Origin: an uncultured delta proteobacterium
Lineage (GTDB): Bacteria; Desulfobacterota; Desulfuromonadia; Desulfuromonadales; JACZKF01
Length of the DNA: 64,000 nucleotides
Assembly (NCBI GenBank): GCA_963816395.1
Contig: CAWFKQ010000010.1
Span: 64,001-128,000, forward strand
Direction of reading: 5' to 3'
The position numbers were made by a program, and so were the translations under genes. Of this stretch, positions 34,470 to 44,524 are shown piece after piece; the first letter of the stretch is position 1; each line of letters begins with the position of its first letter. Under the pieces are notes generated by a model. The model worked only from the letters and a program-made list of their open reading frames with translations, was not told the DNA's origin and searched no databases.

Positions 34470-34841
34470 ATGACTTCCGGAAGGTTCAAATTCCTGCAAT
34501 CCCTGCTGCAAGGTGCGGGGATGGATGCCCATCGGGTGTTCTGGCGCCCCCCGGCCGATATTTACCGCACCCATCAGGGATGGCTCATCAAGCTCGAACT
34601 GGCCGGCGTCAGCCCTGGAGATCTGGAAGTGACCGTGGCCGGCAGACGCCTGCAGGTCGCCGGCAGGCGGCGGGACTGGTGCATCCGGGAGGGGCAGCGC
34701 TCCTACCAGATGGAAATCGCCTATAACCGGTTCGAGCGTGAGTTCGAGCTGCCGTTTGATCTCAAGGTGGCGGAACTCGAAACGGAATACGTGGATGGTA
34801 TGTTGCTCATCACCCTCAAAGCGGAGACCGGCGAGCCATGA
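34470..34841 (+). CDS. Hsp20/alpha-crystallin family protein
   Basis: WRPPADIY, ELAGV, QMEIAYNRFEREFELP, YVDGMLLITL; overlaps the lon start. Confidence 0.88.
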   Translation: MTSGRFKFLQSLLQGAGMDAHRVFWRPPADIYRTHQGWLIKLELAGVSPGDLEVTVAGRRLQVAGRRRDWCIREGQRSYQMEIAYNRFEREFELPFDLKVAELETEYVDGMLLITLKAETGEP

Positions 34842-37191
34842 GAGACTCAGAGCTGATCACCGTTCCGGCGCTGCCGATCAAGAACGCCGTCCTCTTCCCT
34901 AATCTCGCCATGCCGCTGGCGATTGGCCGCCCCATGTCTGTCAAGGCCGTCGAAGCCGCCCTGGCCAGCGAGGACAAGCTCCTCGCCGTGTTCACCCTGA
35001 CCGACCCCGAGAAAGAAAATCCACGAGCCGTGATCTCTATCCGATCGGCACCCTGGCGGTGATCAAGAAGATGGTCACCATCGAGCACATCCTGAACATT
35101 GTGGTGCAGGGGGTCCGGCGCATGGAGATGGTCGGCGCAACCATGCAGCAGCCCTATATCCATCTTCGCCTCCGCCCCCTTCCTCCGCTGGCCAAGGACG
35201 GCCCGGCGACTGAGGCCGTGCATCGGGCGGTGCTCGATCTGGCGGGCAGAATGGTGGGACTGGTCCAGCCGCAGATGCAGATGAGCCTCAATTTCATCAT
35301 CTCCGAGGTGGACAAACCGGCGGAGCAGATCTACATGCTGGCCACCCTCCTTTCCCTCGACATGGAGAAGGATATCGCGTTACTTTCCGCTTCCAGCGAA
35401 CGGGAGCTGTTCGAGTTGATGCACCGGTACCTCAGCTACGAGGTTCAGGTACTCGAACTGCGCCAACGCATTTCCAGTCAGGTGGAATCGGAGCTGACCC
35501 GGACGCAGCGCGAGTACCTGCTGCGCCAGCAGCTGCACGCCATCCAGGAGGAACTGGGGGAGCAGAAGCCGGAGCAGGCCGAGGTGGCGGAGCTGAGAAA
35601 GCGGCTCGAGGAGGCCGATCTCCCCCCGAAGGTCCGCCAGGAGGTGGATAAGGAGCTGCGGCGACTGGAGCGCATGTCCGCGGCCGCACCCGACTATCAG
35701 GTGACCCGCACCTACATCGAGCTGTTGGCGGATCTCCCCTGGAAAAAAACAACGGATGACATTCTCGACCTCAACAGCGCCCAGCAGGTGCTCGATGAAG
35801 ATCATTACGATCTGAAGGATGTGAAGCAGCGCATCATTGAGCATCTGGCGGTGATGAAGCTCAATCCTGGCGCCAAGGGGCCGATCCTCTGTTTCGTCGG
35901 GCCGCCGGGCGTCGGCAAAACCTCCGTTGGCCAGTCGATCGGCCGCGCCATGGGGCGCAAGTTCGAACGCATGAGCCTGGGCGGCCTGCACGACGAAGCG
36001 GAGCTGCGCGGCCACCGCCGCACCTACATCGGCGCCATGCCGGGGCGCATCATCCAGGCGATCCGCCGCGCCGGCGTGAAAAATCCCCTGCTCATGCTCG
36101 ACGAGGTGGACAAACTGGGCGGGAGGGCTTTCACGGCGACCCCGCCGCGGCCCTGATGGAGGTTCTCGACCCGGCGCAGAACTTTGATTTTCATGACAAT
36201 TATCTGGATCTCCCTTTCGACCTTTCCCAGGTCTTCTTCATCACCACCGCCAACACTGCCGACACGCATTCCCAGGCCCCTCCTCGACCGCATGGAAGTG
36301 CTGCGCCTTCCTGGCTACAGCGACGAGGAAAAGCGCGCCATCGCCCGCCGCTACCTGCTCCCCCGGCAGATCGCCCAGGTGGGGCTGAGCCCCGATCAGC
36401 TGGTGCTGCCGGAGGAGACGCTGGCCTATATCATTCGCCGCTACACCCGGGAGGCCGGGGTGCGCGAGCTGGAGAGGGTCCTCGGACGGATCGCCCGCAA
36501 GCTGGCCACCCAGGTGGCCAAAGGCGAGCGGGCCGAGGCGATTGTGACCAGGGAGCGTCTGCCGGAGCTGATCGGCACCGAGCAGTTCTATTCCGAGCCC
36601 GCCCGCGCCGAGCTGCCCCCTGGCGTAGCGGCCGGGCTGGCTTGGACCGAGGCGGGGGGCGACGTACTCTACGTGGAAGCGGCCCTTCTTCCCGAGGGGA
36701 AGGATCTCATCCTGACCGGCCAGCTCGGCAGCGTCATGCAGGAGTCGGCCAAGGCCGCGCAGAGCTATCTCTGGTCCCGCGCGGAGGAGTTGGGGATCGA
36801 GAAGGAGGTGATCCGCAAATCGGGGGTGCACATTCACGTGCCGGCCGGTGCCGTCCCCAAGGACGGGCCTTCGGCCGGTGTCGCCATGATCACCGCTCTG
36901 GCATCCATTTATGCGGCCGCTGCCGCCCGCAGCGACACCGCCATGACCGGAGAGATCACCTTGAGCGGTCTGGTGATGCCAGTGGGAGCGATCAAGGAGA
37001 AGGTCCTCGCCGCCCACCGCGCCGGAATTCACCGTGTCATCCTGCCGCGGGAAAACGAGAAGGATCTGGGCGAGCTGCCCGAGCACGTGCGCCAGGAGAT
37101 AGAGTTCGTTTTCGCCGAACGGATCAGGGAGGTTCTGAGCGCCGCCATACCTGGTCTGGGAGAACGCCTCGGCAGGCGGGCGGCGCTGTAG
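34838..37191 (+). CDS. lon: ATP-dependent Lon protease (frameshifts near 35030, 36125, 36265)
   Basis: [40 protein letters not shown] (catalytic Ser), GAIKEK. Confidence 0.95.
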
Positions 37192-37300
37192 CCAGACTCC
37201 CCTCGAATGGCGTCGGCGACCCTTTTCTGCACTTTGACAATGCCTAAATAATCGATTAATCTGAATTATAATGAAGGATAATGGGAGGAGGAGGTCAATC

Positions 37301-37690
37301 ATGGGAACGGCTAAAAGAGGAATGGATCCGGAGCCCGTGCTCAGGTCCGCGAGCAACCTGATGGGAGATGCCGTCGTCAATATCGACGGCGAGAAGCTTG
37401 GCATTGTGGAAGATATCATGATGGATCTGGGCAGCGGTCAGGTGCATTTCGCGATCATGGCCCGGGAAGACGACCGGCTGGTGGCTGTCCCCTGGGACAC
37501 CCTGGCGCTGGATCCCCGAGACAAGCGCCTGGTCATGGACATCGACAAGGCGAAATTTGACAGGGCTCCCAGCTTCGACCGTAACACCCGCCCGGAAATG
37601 GGGCGGGAATGGGAAGTGAAAGTGGAAGGGTTTTTCGGTCGGAAACCCTTCTGGGACATGGTCGAGGAGCGTTGGATCGGCGGCCCCTGA
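37301..37690 (+). CDS. PRC-barrel domain protein
   Basis: ASNLMGDAVVNIDGEKLGIVEDIMMD, LVAVPWDTL, APSFD. Confidence 0.85.
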   Translation: MGTAKRGMDPEPVLRSASNLMGDAVVNIDGEKLGIVEDIMMDLGSGQVHFAIMAREDDRLVAVPWDTLALDPRDKRLVMDIDKAKFDRAPSFDRNTRPEMGREWEVKVEGFFGRKPFWDMVEERWIGGP

Positions 37691-37919
37691 AGGCCGTCGA
37701 CAGCCCCGCTACCTGCTCGCAGATCGCTTGGCCGCCCTGAATGCAACGCTGTAGATCCTGGCGAGTTTGGCTGACCTGGCCGGAGAATGCCTCGGTTCCG
37801 GTGGCCCTGTTTACCGGGAGGCCAGGGCACTTGGCCACGAATTGAAAGGGGATCGCAACGTGCGGTCCCCTTTACCGGTCACGGCCGGATTGCTCCGACT
37901 GTGCGGGGCGGCGGGACAG

Positions 37920-38387
37920 CTAATGGGCCTTCTTTCCTTCCTTTTCCGCTCCCTCAATCTCAATCTTCCGGCCGACGATCGCCTTCTTCTCCATCGGCAG
38001 AGTGATCTTCAATACCCCATTGTCATAGGAAGCGTGGACATTTTCCGTGTTCACTCCTTCCGGCAGGGTCACTCGGCGGAGGAACGTGCCGAACTCCGAT
38101 TCCTTGATGAGATATTCGTCCTCCTTCGTTTCCCGGCTCATCCTGCGCTCGCCACGAATCATCAGCTGGTTCCCCTCCACCGTGACATCCAGGTCTTTCT
38201 TCTCCACGCCGGGGATTTCGGCTTCGATGCAATAGCGGTCTCCCTTGGCATAGGCATTCACCACCGGGCTGAATACCCCCTTTTCCGCTTCGCCCCGCGT
38301 CAGCCCAAAGGTCCGACGGAAGAGGTCGTCCATCTCACGACGAAATGTGCTCATCTCTCTGAACGGATCCCAACGAACCGGCAACAT
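37920..38387 (-). CDS. Hsp20/alpha-crystallin family protein
   Basis: WDPFREM, AEIPGVEKKDLDV, ASYDNGVLKITLP; RBS ggaggtg. Confidence 0.93.
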   Translation of the reverse strand: MLPVRWDPFREMSTFRREMDDLFRRTFGLTRGEAEKGVFSPVVNAYAKGDRYCIEAEIPGVEKKDLDVTVEGNQLMIRGERRMSRETKEDEYLIKESEFGTFLRRVTLPEGVNTENVHASYDNGVLKITLPMEKKAIVGRKIEIEGAEKEGKKAH

Positions 38388-38581
38388 TTGCCTCACCTCC
38401 TTCTTTGATTTGCCGCCCTTAATATTTTCTCACGAAACACCCTGATGTCAACAGGATAGAAGAGTTCATCCATCTGCCCAGCCTGGCTTGCTCCGAACTG
38501 CCACCATCGCTGGTTTTTAAAGGTCCATCGGGTATCCTTCAGGGGAAATCTGACCGGGTTACTGAGCGGAAAGGGGGCGTT

Positions 38582-39031
38582 ATGCGGGTCGGCGAAATCT
38601 GTTCACGCGAGGTCATCGTCATCGGCAAGGAGGAGACGATTCTGGAGGCAGCCCGCCTCATGCGGGAGAACCATGTCGGCGATGTCGTGGTAGTGGAGGA
38701 GCGGGAGGGTGAGAGATTTCCCGTGGGGATACTGACCGACCGGGACATTGTGGTGGAGCTGGTGGCCGCCGGAATCGCTCTGGATGCGGTGTCCATCGGC
38801 GATGTGATGAGTTTCGAACTGCTGACCGCCCGGGAAGAAGACGGGTTGCTCGACACTATCCGCCAGATGCAGGCAAAAGGGGTTCGCCGGTTGCCCGTGG
38901 TCGATGTGCGCGGCGCCCTGGCGGGGATTCTGACGGTGGACGATATTCTCGAGTTGGTCTCGGAACAGCTCTCCCGCCTGATCAAGATTATTACCCGGGA
39001 GCAGGAGAGTGAGCGGGAGAAGCGTCACTAA
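38582..39031 (+). CDS. CBS-domain pair protein
   Basis: AARLMRENHVGDVVVV, GILTDRDIV, VRRLPVVD, GILTVDDI. Confidence 0.92.
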   Translation: MRVGEICSREVIVIGKEETILEAARLMRENHVGDVVVVEEREGERFPVGILTDRDIVVELVAAGIALDAVSIGDVMSFELLTAREEDGLLDTIRQMQAKGVRRLPVVDVRGALAGILTVDDILELVSEQLSRLIKIITREQESEREKRH

Positions 39032-39105
39032 CTTCATGTTTTTCTCCGGGGACTGGGAATAAGGATGCGGAGGAGCTGGATTCGCGGGCGGCTAAGGGCA
39101 CTCGG

Positions 39106-40368
39106 ATGGGTGTTCTCGTCTCGCCCTGCTTTTGGCCGCGGTGTTATCGCTGCCGAGGCCGGTTGCCTCCCAGCCCGCGGTACCCATTGTCCTTTTCACC
39201 GCCGCCAACTGCCCCCATTGCGCCGAAGGCGGGGCGTTTCTGCGGACGCTGGCGAATCGTCACTCGAGGGTGCAGATCCGCGAGTACGAAATCTGGGGGC
39301 ACCCGGAGAATGTTCAACTGCTCCTGAACCTCTGTCGGACCTTCGGCCGCGAGACCTTCAGCACCCCCGCCATTTTCATCGACGACCAGGTGTGGTTCGG
39401 CTTTTCCGACGACATCGCCCGCGAGGTCGAGGCGGCCGTCGGGCGGTGCGCCGTCGCCGGCTGCCGGGACCCCCTGGCGCGACTGGCGGCGCCGGCGGCG
39501 CCACCGGGTGAGCCGCCGGCCGGGCCGAAAGCGGTGATTACCCTGCCGATCATCGGTCCCCTGGTAGCAGAAGACTTCTCCCTGCCGCTCCTGACGCTCG
39601 TTTTCGGACTGCTCGACAGCTTCAATCCATGCGCTTTTTTTGTCCTGCTCTTCCTCCTTGGACTGCTTCTGCACGCCCATTCGCGCCGGCGGATGCTCCT
39701 CGTCGGGGGAACCTTCGTCTTTTTCTCCGGCGCCATCTACTTCCTGTTCATGGCGGCCTGGCTGAATCTTTTTCTTCTGGTCGGGGAAATGCCGCTCATC
39801 ACCGCTCTCGCCGGTCTGACGGCTCTATTGGCCGGAGGAGTGAACGTCAAGGATTTCTTCTTCTTCCGCCGGGGGATCTCCCTCTCCATTCCCGAGAGCA
39901 GCAAGCCGCACCTCTTCGACCGCATGCGCCGCCTGGTGCGGGCGACCCGGCTCTCAACGGTGCTGGCGGGGACGGTGGTGCTGGCGGTGGCCGCCAACAG
40001 CTACGAGATCCTCTGTACGGCCGGTTTTCCCATGGTGTACACCCGCGTCCTGACCCTCCACCATCTGCCGAGCTGGCAATTTTACTCCTTTCTGGTCTTC
40101 TACAATCTCGTTTACGTTCTCCCCCTGCTCGCTATCGTCCTTCTCTTCACTTTCACCCTGGCGAGGTCACAAGCTCAGCGAACGGCAGGGGCGGGTGCTG
40201 AAGCTCGTCTCCGGGATGATGATGCTGCTTCTCGGGGGAGCCCTTTTGGTGCGCCCCGGTGTGCTGAACAACCCCGTCGCCGCCGTGCTGCTGCTGGCGG
40301 CCGCCCTTCTGGGCTCGGCTCTCTTGCTGCTCGTGGAGCGGGCCTGGGAGCGGCGCCCCTCACGCTGA
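39106..40368 (+). CDS. Thioredoxin/glutaredoxin-like CPHC domain fused to a CcdA/DsbD-like membrane domain (frameshifted)
   Basis: ANCPHC, TPAIFI, LDSFNPCAFFVL, EILCTAGFP, multiple TM segments. Confidence 0.8.
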
Positions 40369-40489
40369 GGCCGTCGCTCTGGGGCGTGCAGCCCCCTGGA
40401 AGGGGCGGCGGGACATGGAATAGATATTGATTTCCAACCCGAGGTGTATAGCACCTGCAGGGGGCGGCATGGAAGGCAGGGGAGAGAAC

Positions 40490-40525
40490 AAAAAACGCCT
40501 ATCTGACATGCAGATAAGGCGTTCT
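40490..40525 (-). terminator. Terminator after selC
   Basis: Minus strand aacgccttatctg-catgt-cagataggcgtttttt. Confidence 0.7.
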
Positions 40526-40534
40526 CAGTGATTC

Positions 40535-40630
40535 TGGCGGGAGTAGATGGGAATCGAACCCACCGCGGACGGGATACGCCCGCCACCGGTTTTGAAGACC
40601 GGGAGCGTCACCAGACTACTAACTACTCCC
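40535..40630 (-). tRNA. selC: tRNA-Sec (anticodon UCA)
   Basis: 8-bp acceptor stem gggagtag/ctactccc, anticodon arm ccggt-cttcaaa-accgg, long variable arm, ggttcgattcc, 3' GCCA. Confidence 0.96.
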
Positions 40631-40650
40631 CCAAGCGCCAAGGCTGGGAA

Positions 40651-40679
40651 AACATAGCACGTTCAGCTCCGGGTCGCAA
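40651..40679 (-). promoter_or_regulatory. Putative selC promoter
   Basis: TTGCGA-N17-TATGTT with TG extension, ~20 nt before the tRNA. Confidence 0.5.
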
Positions 40680-40708
40680 GGCTCCGGCCGCTTTTCAGGG
40701 CCGTTCGG

Positions 40709-40873
40709 TCAGGCGGCCGGAAGCTCTCTTTCGTCCTGTTCGATGATGATGCCTGCGAAGGTGACGTTCGCCTTATAAGGGCGGGCGGGGTCGATCCCCA
40801 TGGTGCGCAGCAGTCGGCCTACTTCACGGGGATTGCGGCCGGAAATCTGGTCGAGGGAAAGATTGATTCGCAT
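40709..40873 (-). CDS. 54-aa hypothetical microprotein (paralog of 26755..26928)
   Basis: Hand translation MRINLSLDQISGRNPREVGRLLRTMGIDPARPYKANVTFAGIIIEQDERELPAA; RBS AAGGAGG; own promoter. Confidence 0.82.
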   Translation of the reverse strand: MRINLSLDQISGRNPREVGRLLRTMGIDPARPYKANVTFAGIIIEQDERELPAA

Positions 40874-40905
40874 GTGAGACCCTCCTTTTTCATTTATATG
40901 GAAAC

Positions 40906-40934
40906 AGTATAATACAATGTTCTATTATTTTCAA
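40906..40934 (-). promoter_or_regulatory. Near-consensus sigma70 promoter for the microprotein gene, with AT-rich upstream tract
   Basis: TTGAAA-N17-TATACT on the minus strand inside a ~110 bp AT-rich stretch. Confidence 0.65.
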
Positions 40935-41031
40935 TAAATTTTAAATAGGTATGATAAGTAGTAAGAAATTAAAGCGGAATCGTTGTTATAAATAAGCTCT
41001 TTCGGGGGGCGGTCTGTGGGTTTTTCGGGCC

Positions 41032-41616
41032 TCAGGGGCGGAGGGTGCGGTCAGCCTGGCGCAGTGTCTCAGCGATCTCCAGCATGTTGGTCACGCGTCC
41101 GACGGCCAGGTCTTCCTTGAGGTGATAATAGTCGAGGCAAAGGCCGCAGGAAGCGATGTCGGCCCCCAGGCAGGCGAGTTTGTCCATGGCTTCCAGCACC
41201 TCGGAGCCACGGGCGGTCAGCTTCACCCCGGCATTGACGAAGAGCAGGGTGTCAGGGACGGGGTCGAGTTCGAGGAGAGTGAAAAGAAAGTTCTTCATCA
41301 GCAGGCGACCCAGTTCGTCGCTGCCGCTGCCCATGGCGTCGGAGGCGACGAAAACCACCGTTTTCTCCTGGGCCGGCGCCGTCGCTGCCCCTGCAACAGC
41401 TTCTCCTCCCGGGGTCAGTTCCAGGGTGAAGCCGCCTTCGGCCGGGTCCGTTTTCACCTGGTAGCCCCGGCTCTTCGCCAAACGGGTCACATTTTCGCGG
41501 GACGTCTCGTCACCGACCAGGACGGCCAGGGGAATGCCCGGCTCGGCAATGAGCAGTTTGCGGGTTTCCACCACCGGGTGGGGACATTTATAGGCTCGGC
41601 AATCCAGGGTCTTCAT
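41032..41616 (-). CDS. yedF: Selenium metabolism protein YedF (TusA/SirA + DsrE-like domains)
   Basis: MKTLDCRAYKCPHPVV, GSDELGRLLMKNF, CGLCLDYY, GRVTNM; adjacent to selC. Confidence 0.88.
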   Translation of the reverse strand: MKTLDCRAYKCPHPVVETRKLLIAEPGIPLAVLVGDETSRENVTRLAKSRGYQVKTDPAEGGFTLELTPGGEAVAGAATAPAQEKTVVFVASDAMGSGSDELGRLLMKNFLFTLLELDPVPDTLLFVNAGVKLTARGSEVLEAMDKLACLGADIASCGLCLDYYHLKEDLAVGRVTNMLEIAETLRQADRTLRP

Positions 41617-41680
41617 CGAAATACGCCCTTTCTTTTTCTGGCGGAAAAACAGGGAGCTAGTCCAGTTAAAGTATAACAAC

Positions 41681-43132
41681 TCAGCCGGGGGACCGGCCAG
41701 GCCGGTGGGCAGGCATCTTGCCGGCCGGAACGAGACGAGCCACGGTCTCCACATGCGGAGTCTGGGGGAACATATCGACCGGCTGCACTTCTTCGGTGCG
41801 GAAGCCGAGGCCGGCGAGCAGGTCGAGGTCGCGGGCCAGGGTGTCGGGGTTGCAGGAAACATAGAGCAGCGTACGCGGCGCGAGTTCGGCCAGGGATTGC
41901 AGGACCGGGGGCTCGCAGCCGCCGCGCGGCGGATTGACCACGATCACGGCGCCGGCGGGGAGTTCCAGCACCAGATCGTGCACTTGCTCGATGGCGTCCC
42001 CGGCGCGGAACTGGCAGCCGGCCAGACCATTGAGGCGGGCGTTCTCGCGGGCATTGCGCACCGCCTCCTCCACCGCCTCGATGCCGATCACCCGACCGGC
42101 GTCCCGGGCCAGATGCAGGGCGATGCCGCCGATGCCGCAGTAAAGATCGACGGCGCTGTCGGTCCGGGTAAGGGCGGCCCAGCGGCGCACCAGGTCGTAA
42201 ATGCGGGCGGCCTGCTGGTGGTTGACCTGGAAGAAGGCGGTAGGGGCGATGCGCAGGCGCACTTCCCCCACCTGGTCGAGGAGGTCGGGGGCGCCGAGGA
42301 CCCGCAGCGTTTCCCGGCCGAAGACGATATTGCCCTCCGAGGAATTGACGTTCTGGTGCACTCCGACCACCTCCGGCACCTTTTTCTGCAGCCACTTGGC
42401 CAGGTGGGTGATCTCCCGGAAATTGCGTTCGGCGGTGACGAAGGTGACCAGGGCCTTGTCGAAGGCGGGGCTGACCTTGATCGTCAGGTAGCGCAGCAGT
42501 CCGCGTTTCTTAACCGGATCGTAGACGAAGATCTCCTGCCGCGTCACCTCTTCCTTCACGGTACGGACGATGCGGTTGATCAGGGGGTGGTGGACGGGGC
42601 ACTCGCCGATGTCCACTACCTCGTGTGTCCCCCGGCGGTACATGCCGATCAGGATCTGCCCGCGCTGGCGGCCGAAGACCAGCTTGGCGCTGGTGCGATA
42701 GCCAAGGGGCTGCGGCGCCTTCCACAGCGGCAGTTGCCGAACTTTCGCCAGAGAGGGAAAGCGGCCCAGAGCCCGGCGGACCTGGTCCGCCTTGAAGGCG
42801 AGCTGGCCCGGATAGGCAAGATGGCTGAGCGGGCAACCCTGGCATGCCTGCACCTGCTGGCAGGGCGAGGGAACCCGCTCGGGATTCGGCGTCAGCACCT
42901 GCCGCAGCCGCCCGATCAGCCGACGCTGTCCGGCATGCTCGATCGTGACCGCAACCCTCTCTCCCGGCAAGGCGCCGGCGACCAGCACCTCCTTGCCGTC
43001 GTGGCGGACGGTTCCGAGCCCATCCTCATTGAGACCACCGATCTTCAACTCCAGGGGGGGCGGAGGCGGACTCTTCTTCTGCGGCCGCGTTCGGGCAGGG
43101 GCCGGGCGCGGCCGGGGGGGAGCTTTGGCCAT
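41681..43132 (-). CDS. rlmD: 23S rRNA (uracil-5)-methyltransferase RlmD
   Basis: TRAM domain, CQGC, AFFQVN, DLYCGIGGI, NPPRGG, YVSCNPDTLARD, DMFPQTPHVE. Confidence 0.93.
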   Translation of the reverse strand: MAKAPPRPRPAPARTRPQKKSPPPPPLELKIGGLNEDGLGTVRHDGKEVLVAGALPGERVAVTIEHAGQRRLIGRLRQVLTPNPERVPSPCQQVQACQGCPLSHLAYPGQLAFKADQVRRALGRFPSLAKVRQLPLWKAPQPLGYRTSAKLVFGRQRGQILIGMYRRGTHEVVDIGECPVHHPLINRIVRTVKEEVTRQEIFVYDPVKKRGLLRYLTIKVSPAFDKALVTFVTAERNFREITHLAKWLQKKVPEVVGVHQNVNSSEGNIVFGRETLRVLGAPDLLDQVGEVRLRIAPTAFFQVNHQQAARIYDLVRRWAALTRTDSAVDLYCGIGGIALHLARDAGRVIGIEAVEEAVRNARENARLNGLAGCQFRAGDAIEQVHDLVLELPAGAVIVVNPPRGGCEPPVLQSLAELAPRTLLYVSCNPDTLARDLDLLAGLGFRTEEVQPVDMFPQTPHVETVARLVPAGKMPAHRPGRSPG

Positions 43133-43203
43133 TGGAGTATCCTGCGGTGAAAGTTAAATAGACAAGCTACTCTTAAATCGGGGGCGCTGTCAATCACGCC
43201 TTC

Positions 43204-43232
43204 TTGACTTCCTTGGCGGGCGCTCCTAAACT
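43204..43232 (+). promoter_or_regulatory. Putative sigma70 promoter for ispG
   Basis: TTGACT-N17-TAAACT. Confidence 0.55.
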
Positions 43233-43338
43233 CGTTTTCAACTCAGAATCCCAGCCAGTTTCCACTCGGTGCCCCCGGATATGACGTAAGCCGGCAATCT
43301 CAGCCGAACCCGGTAGTCACCCTATCACAGGAGCCCTC

Positions 43339-44400
43339 ATGCCCCGTCTCAGCCGCCGGATCGCCGTGGGAAATGTCGCCGTCGGCGGCGGCGCTCCTAT
43401 TTCCGTACAGTCGATGTGCAGTACCGATACCCGCGATGTGTCCGCTACCGTCGCCCAGATACGCCGACTGGCGGAAGCGGGTTGCGAGATCGTCCGCTGT
43501 GCCGTCCCCGACCTGGAAGCCGCCCGCGCCCTGGGGCCGATCCGGGCGCAGGTCGCCCTGCCGCTGATCGCCGATATCCATTTCGACTATCGGCTGGCGC
43601 TCACCGCCCTGGAGGCGGGAGTGGATGGGCTGCGCCTGAACCCCGGCAATATCGGAGAACCGTGGAAGGTGGGGGAGGTGGTCAAGGCCTGCGGCGAACG
43701 CCAGGTGCCGATCCGCATCGGAGTCAATGGCGGCTCCCTGGAGAAGGAGCTTCTGGCCCGCTACGGACATCCCACCCCGGAGGCGATGGTGGAGAGCGCT
43801 CTTGGCCACATCCGCATCCTCGAGGACCTGGGGTTCGAGGCGATCAAGGTCAGCCTCAAGGCCTCAGATATCCGGCGCACGGTGGAGGCCTACCGCCTGC
43901 TGGCGCGCCAGGTCGATTATCCCCTGCACATCGGTATTACAGAGGCCGGTACGACCTGGAGCGGCACCGTCAAAAGCGCTGTCGGTCTTGGCGTGTTGCT
44001 CTACGAGGGGCTCGGCGACACCCTGCGGGTCTCCTTGACCGGCGATCCGGTGGAGGAGGTGCGGGTCGGTTGGGAGATCCTCAAGGCTTTGGAACTGCGC
44101 GAGCACGGCCCGGTTTTTATCAGCTGCCCGACCTGCGGCCGCTGCCAGGTCGATCTGATTCCGGTGGCTGAGGAGGTTGAGCGGCGGCTGCGCGATCTGC
44201 CGCGAAAGATCACCGTAGCGGTCATGGGGTGCGTGGTCAATGGCCCCGGGGAAGCTCGGGAGGCCGATGTGGGGATCGCCGGTGGTAAGGGGCAGGGACT
44301 GCTTTTCCGCCGGGGAGAGGTGGTGCGCAAAGTACGCGAGAGCGAACTGGTCGAGGCGCTGGTGGAGGAAGCGCAGCGGCTGGTGGCGGAGGAAGAATAA
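43339..44400 (+). CDS. ispG: HMBPP synthase
   Basis: ISVQSM, ADIHFDY, RLNPGN, SCPTCGR, MGCVVNGPGE. Confidence 0.97.
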   Translation: MPRLSRRIAVGNVAVGGGAPISVQSMCSTDTRDVSATVAQIRRLAEAGCEIVRCAVPDLEAARALGPIRAQVALPLIADIHFDYRLALTALEAGVDGLRLNPGNIGEPWKVGEVVKACGERQVPIRIGVNGGSLEKELLARYGHPTPEAMVESALGHIRILEDLGFEAIKVSLKASDIRRTVEAYRLLARQVDYPLHIGITEAGTTWSGTVKSAVGLGVLLYEGLGDTLRVSLTGDPVEEVRVGWEILKALELREHGPVFISCPTCGRCQVDLIPVAEEVERRLRDLPRKITVAVMGCVVNGPGEAREADVGIAGGKGQGLLFRRGEVVRKVRESELVEALVEEAQRLVAEEE

Positions 44401-44485
44401 CAGGTCCAGGATGCAAGGTCCATGAAAGACCTGGAAGCGGGACGCGGGACTGCTCGCCGTGAACTGCTATCCGGCATACAGCGGC

Positions 44486-44520
44486 AAAAGGCCCGGACGA
44501 TGTAACTCGTCCGGGCCTTC
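44486..44520. terminator. Terminator hairpin between convergent ispG and the minus-strand operon
   Basis: aaaaggcccggacga-tgtaac-tcgtccgggcctt. Confidence 0.7.
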
Positions 44521-44524
44521 GTCG

